From: Anolis carolinensis
Lineage: Eukaryota
Reading direction: 5' to 3'
DNA length: 64,000 nucleotides
Assembly (NCBI RefSeq): GCF_035594765.1
Contig: NC_085843.1
Span: forward strand, 212,699,971-212,763,970
Each line of letters opens with the position of its first letter. The stretch's first letter is position 1. Position numbers and translations under genes: made by a program. This document shows positions 63,795 to 64,000 of the stretch, piece after piece. A model generated the notes under the pieces. It was given only the letters and a program-made list of their open reading frames with translations, was not told the origin of the DNA and ran no database searches.

Positions 63795-64000
63795 ATAGAA
63801 TCATAGAATAGTAGAGTTGGAAGAAACCTCATGGGCCATCCAGTCCAACCCCCTGCCAAGAAGCAGGAAATCGCATTCAAAGCACCCCTGACAGATGGCC
63901 ATCCAGCCTCTGCTTAAAAGCCTCCAAAGAAGGAGCCTCCACCACAGTCCGGGGCAGAGAGTTCCACTCCCAAACAGCTCTCACAGAGAGGAAGTTCTTT
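63795..64000 (-). mobile_element. CR1 LINE 3' end (runs off the window)
   Basis: atagaatcatagaat tail followed by agagttggaagaaacctcatgggccatccagtccaacccc and gagttccact...aggaagttc. Confidence 0.9.

Overview
Vertebrate genomic DNA, most likely from an Anolis lizard, judged by its SINE, L2, CR1 and Penelope repertoire. There is no prokaryotic content. The whole window lies inside the protocadherin-15 gene (PCDH15) on the minus strand. Five short GT-AG exons (117, 141, 113, 110 and 141 bp) splice in frame and encode the end of EC8, EC9 and EC10. The introns are packed with transposons: a young 5'-truncated L2 LINE with an almost intact APE/RT ORF2, older L2, L1, RTE and CR1 fragments, a Penelope fragment with GIY-YIG endonuclease and a hammerhead ribozyme, SINEs, and many hAT, Tc1/mariner and Harbinger-type MITEs, including a four-layer nest at 56.9-58.7 kb. 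The most unusual object is at 7.3-10.35 kb. It is a non-coding hAT-type element (CAGGGCCGG terminal inverted repeats, 8-bp target-site duplication (TSD) AGTAAACT) built almost entirely from nested palindromes and dense in NRF1, ETS, YY1 and SP1 motifs. It is partly duplicated in a 1381-bp tandem repeat whose breakpoint sits at the apex of a 118-bp perfect palindrome. TE family names come from my recognition of the sequences, not from a database search.
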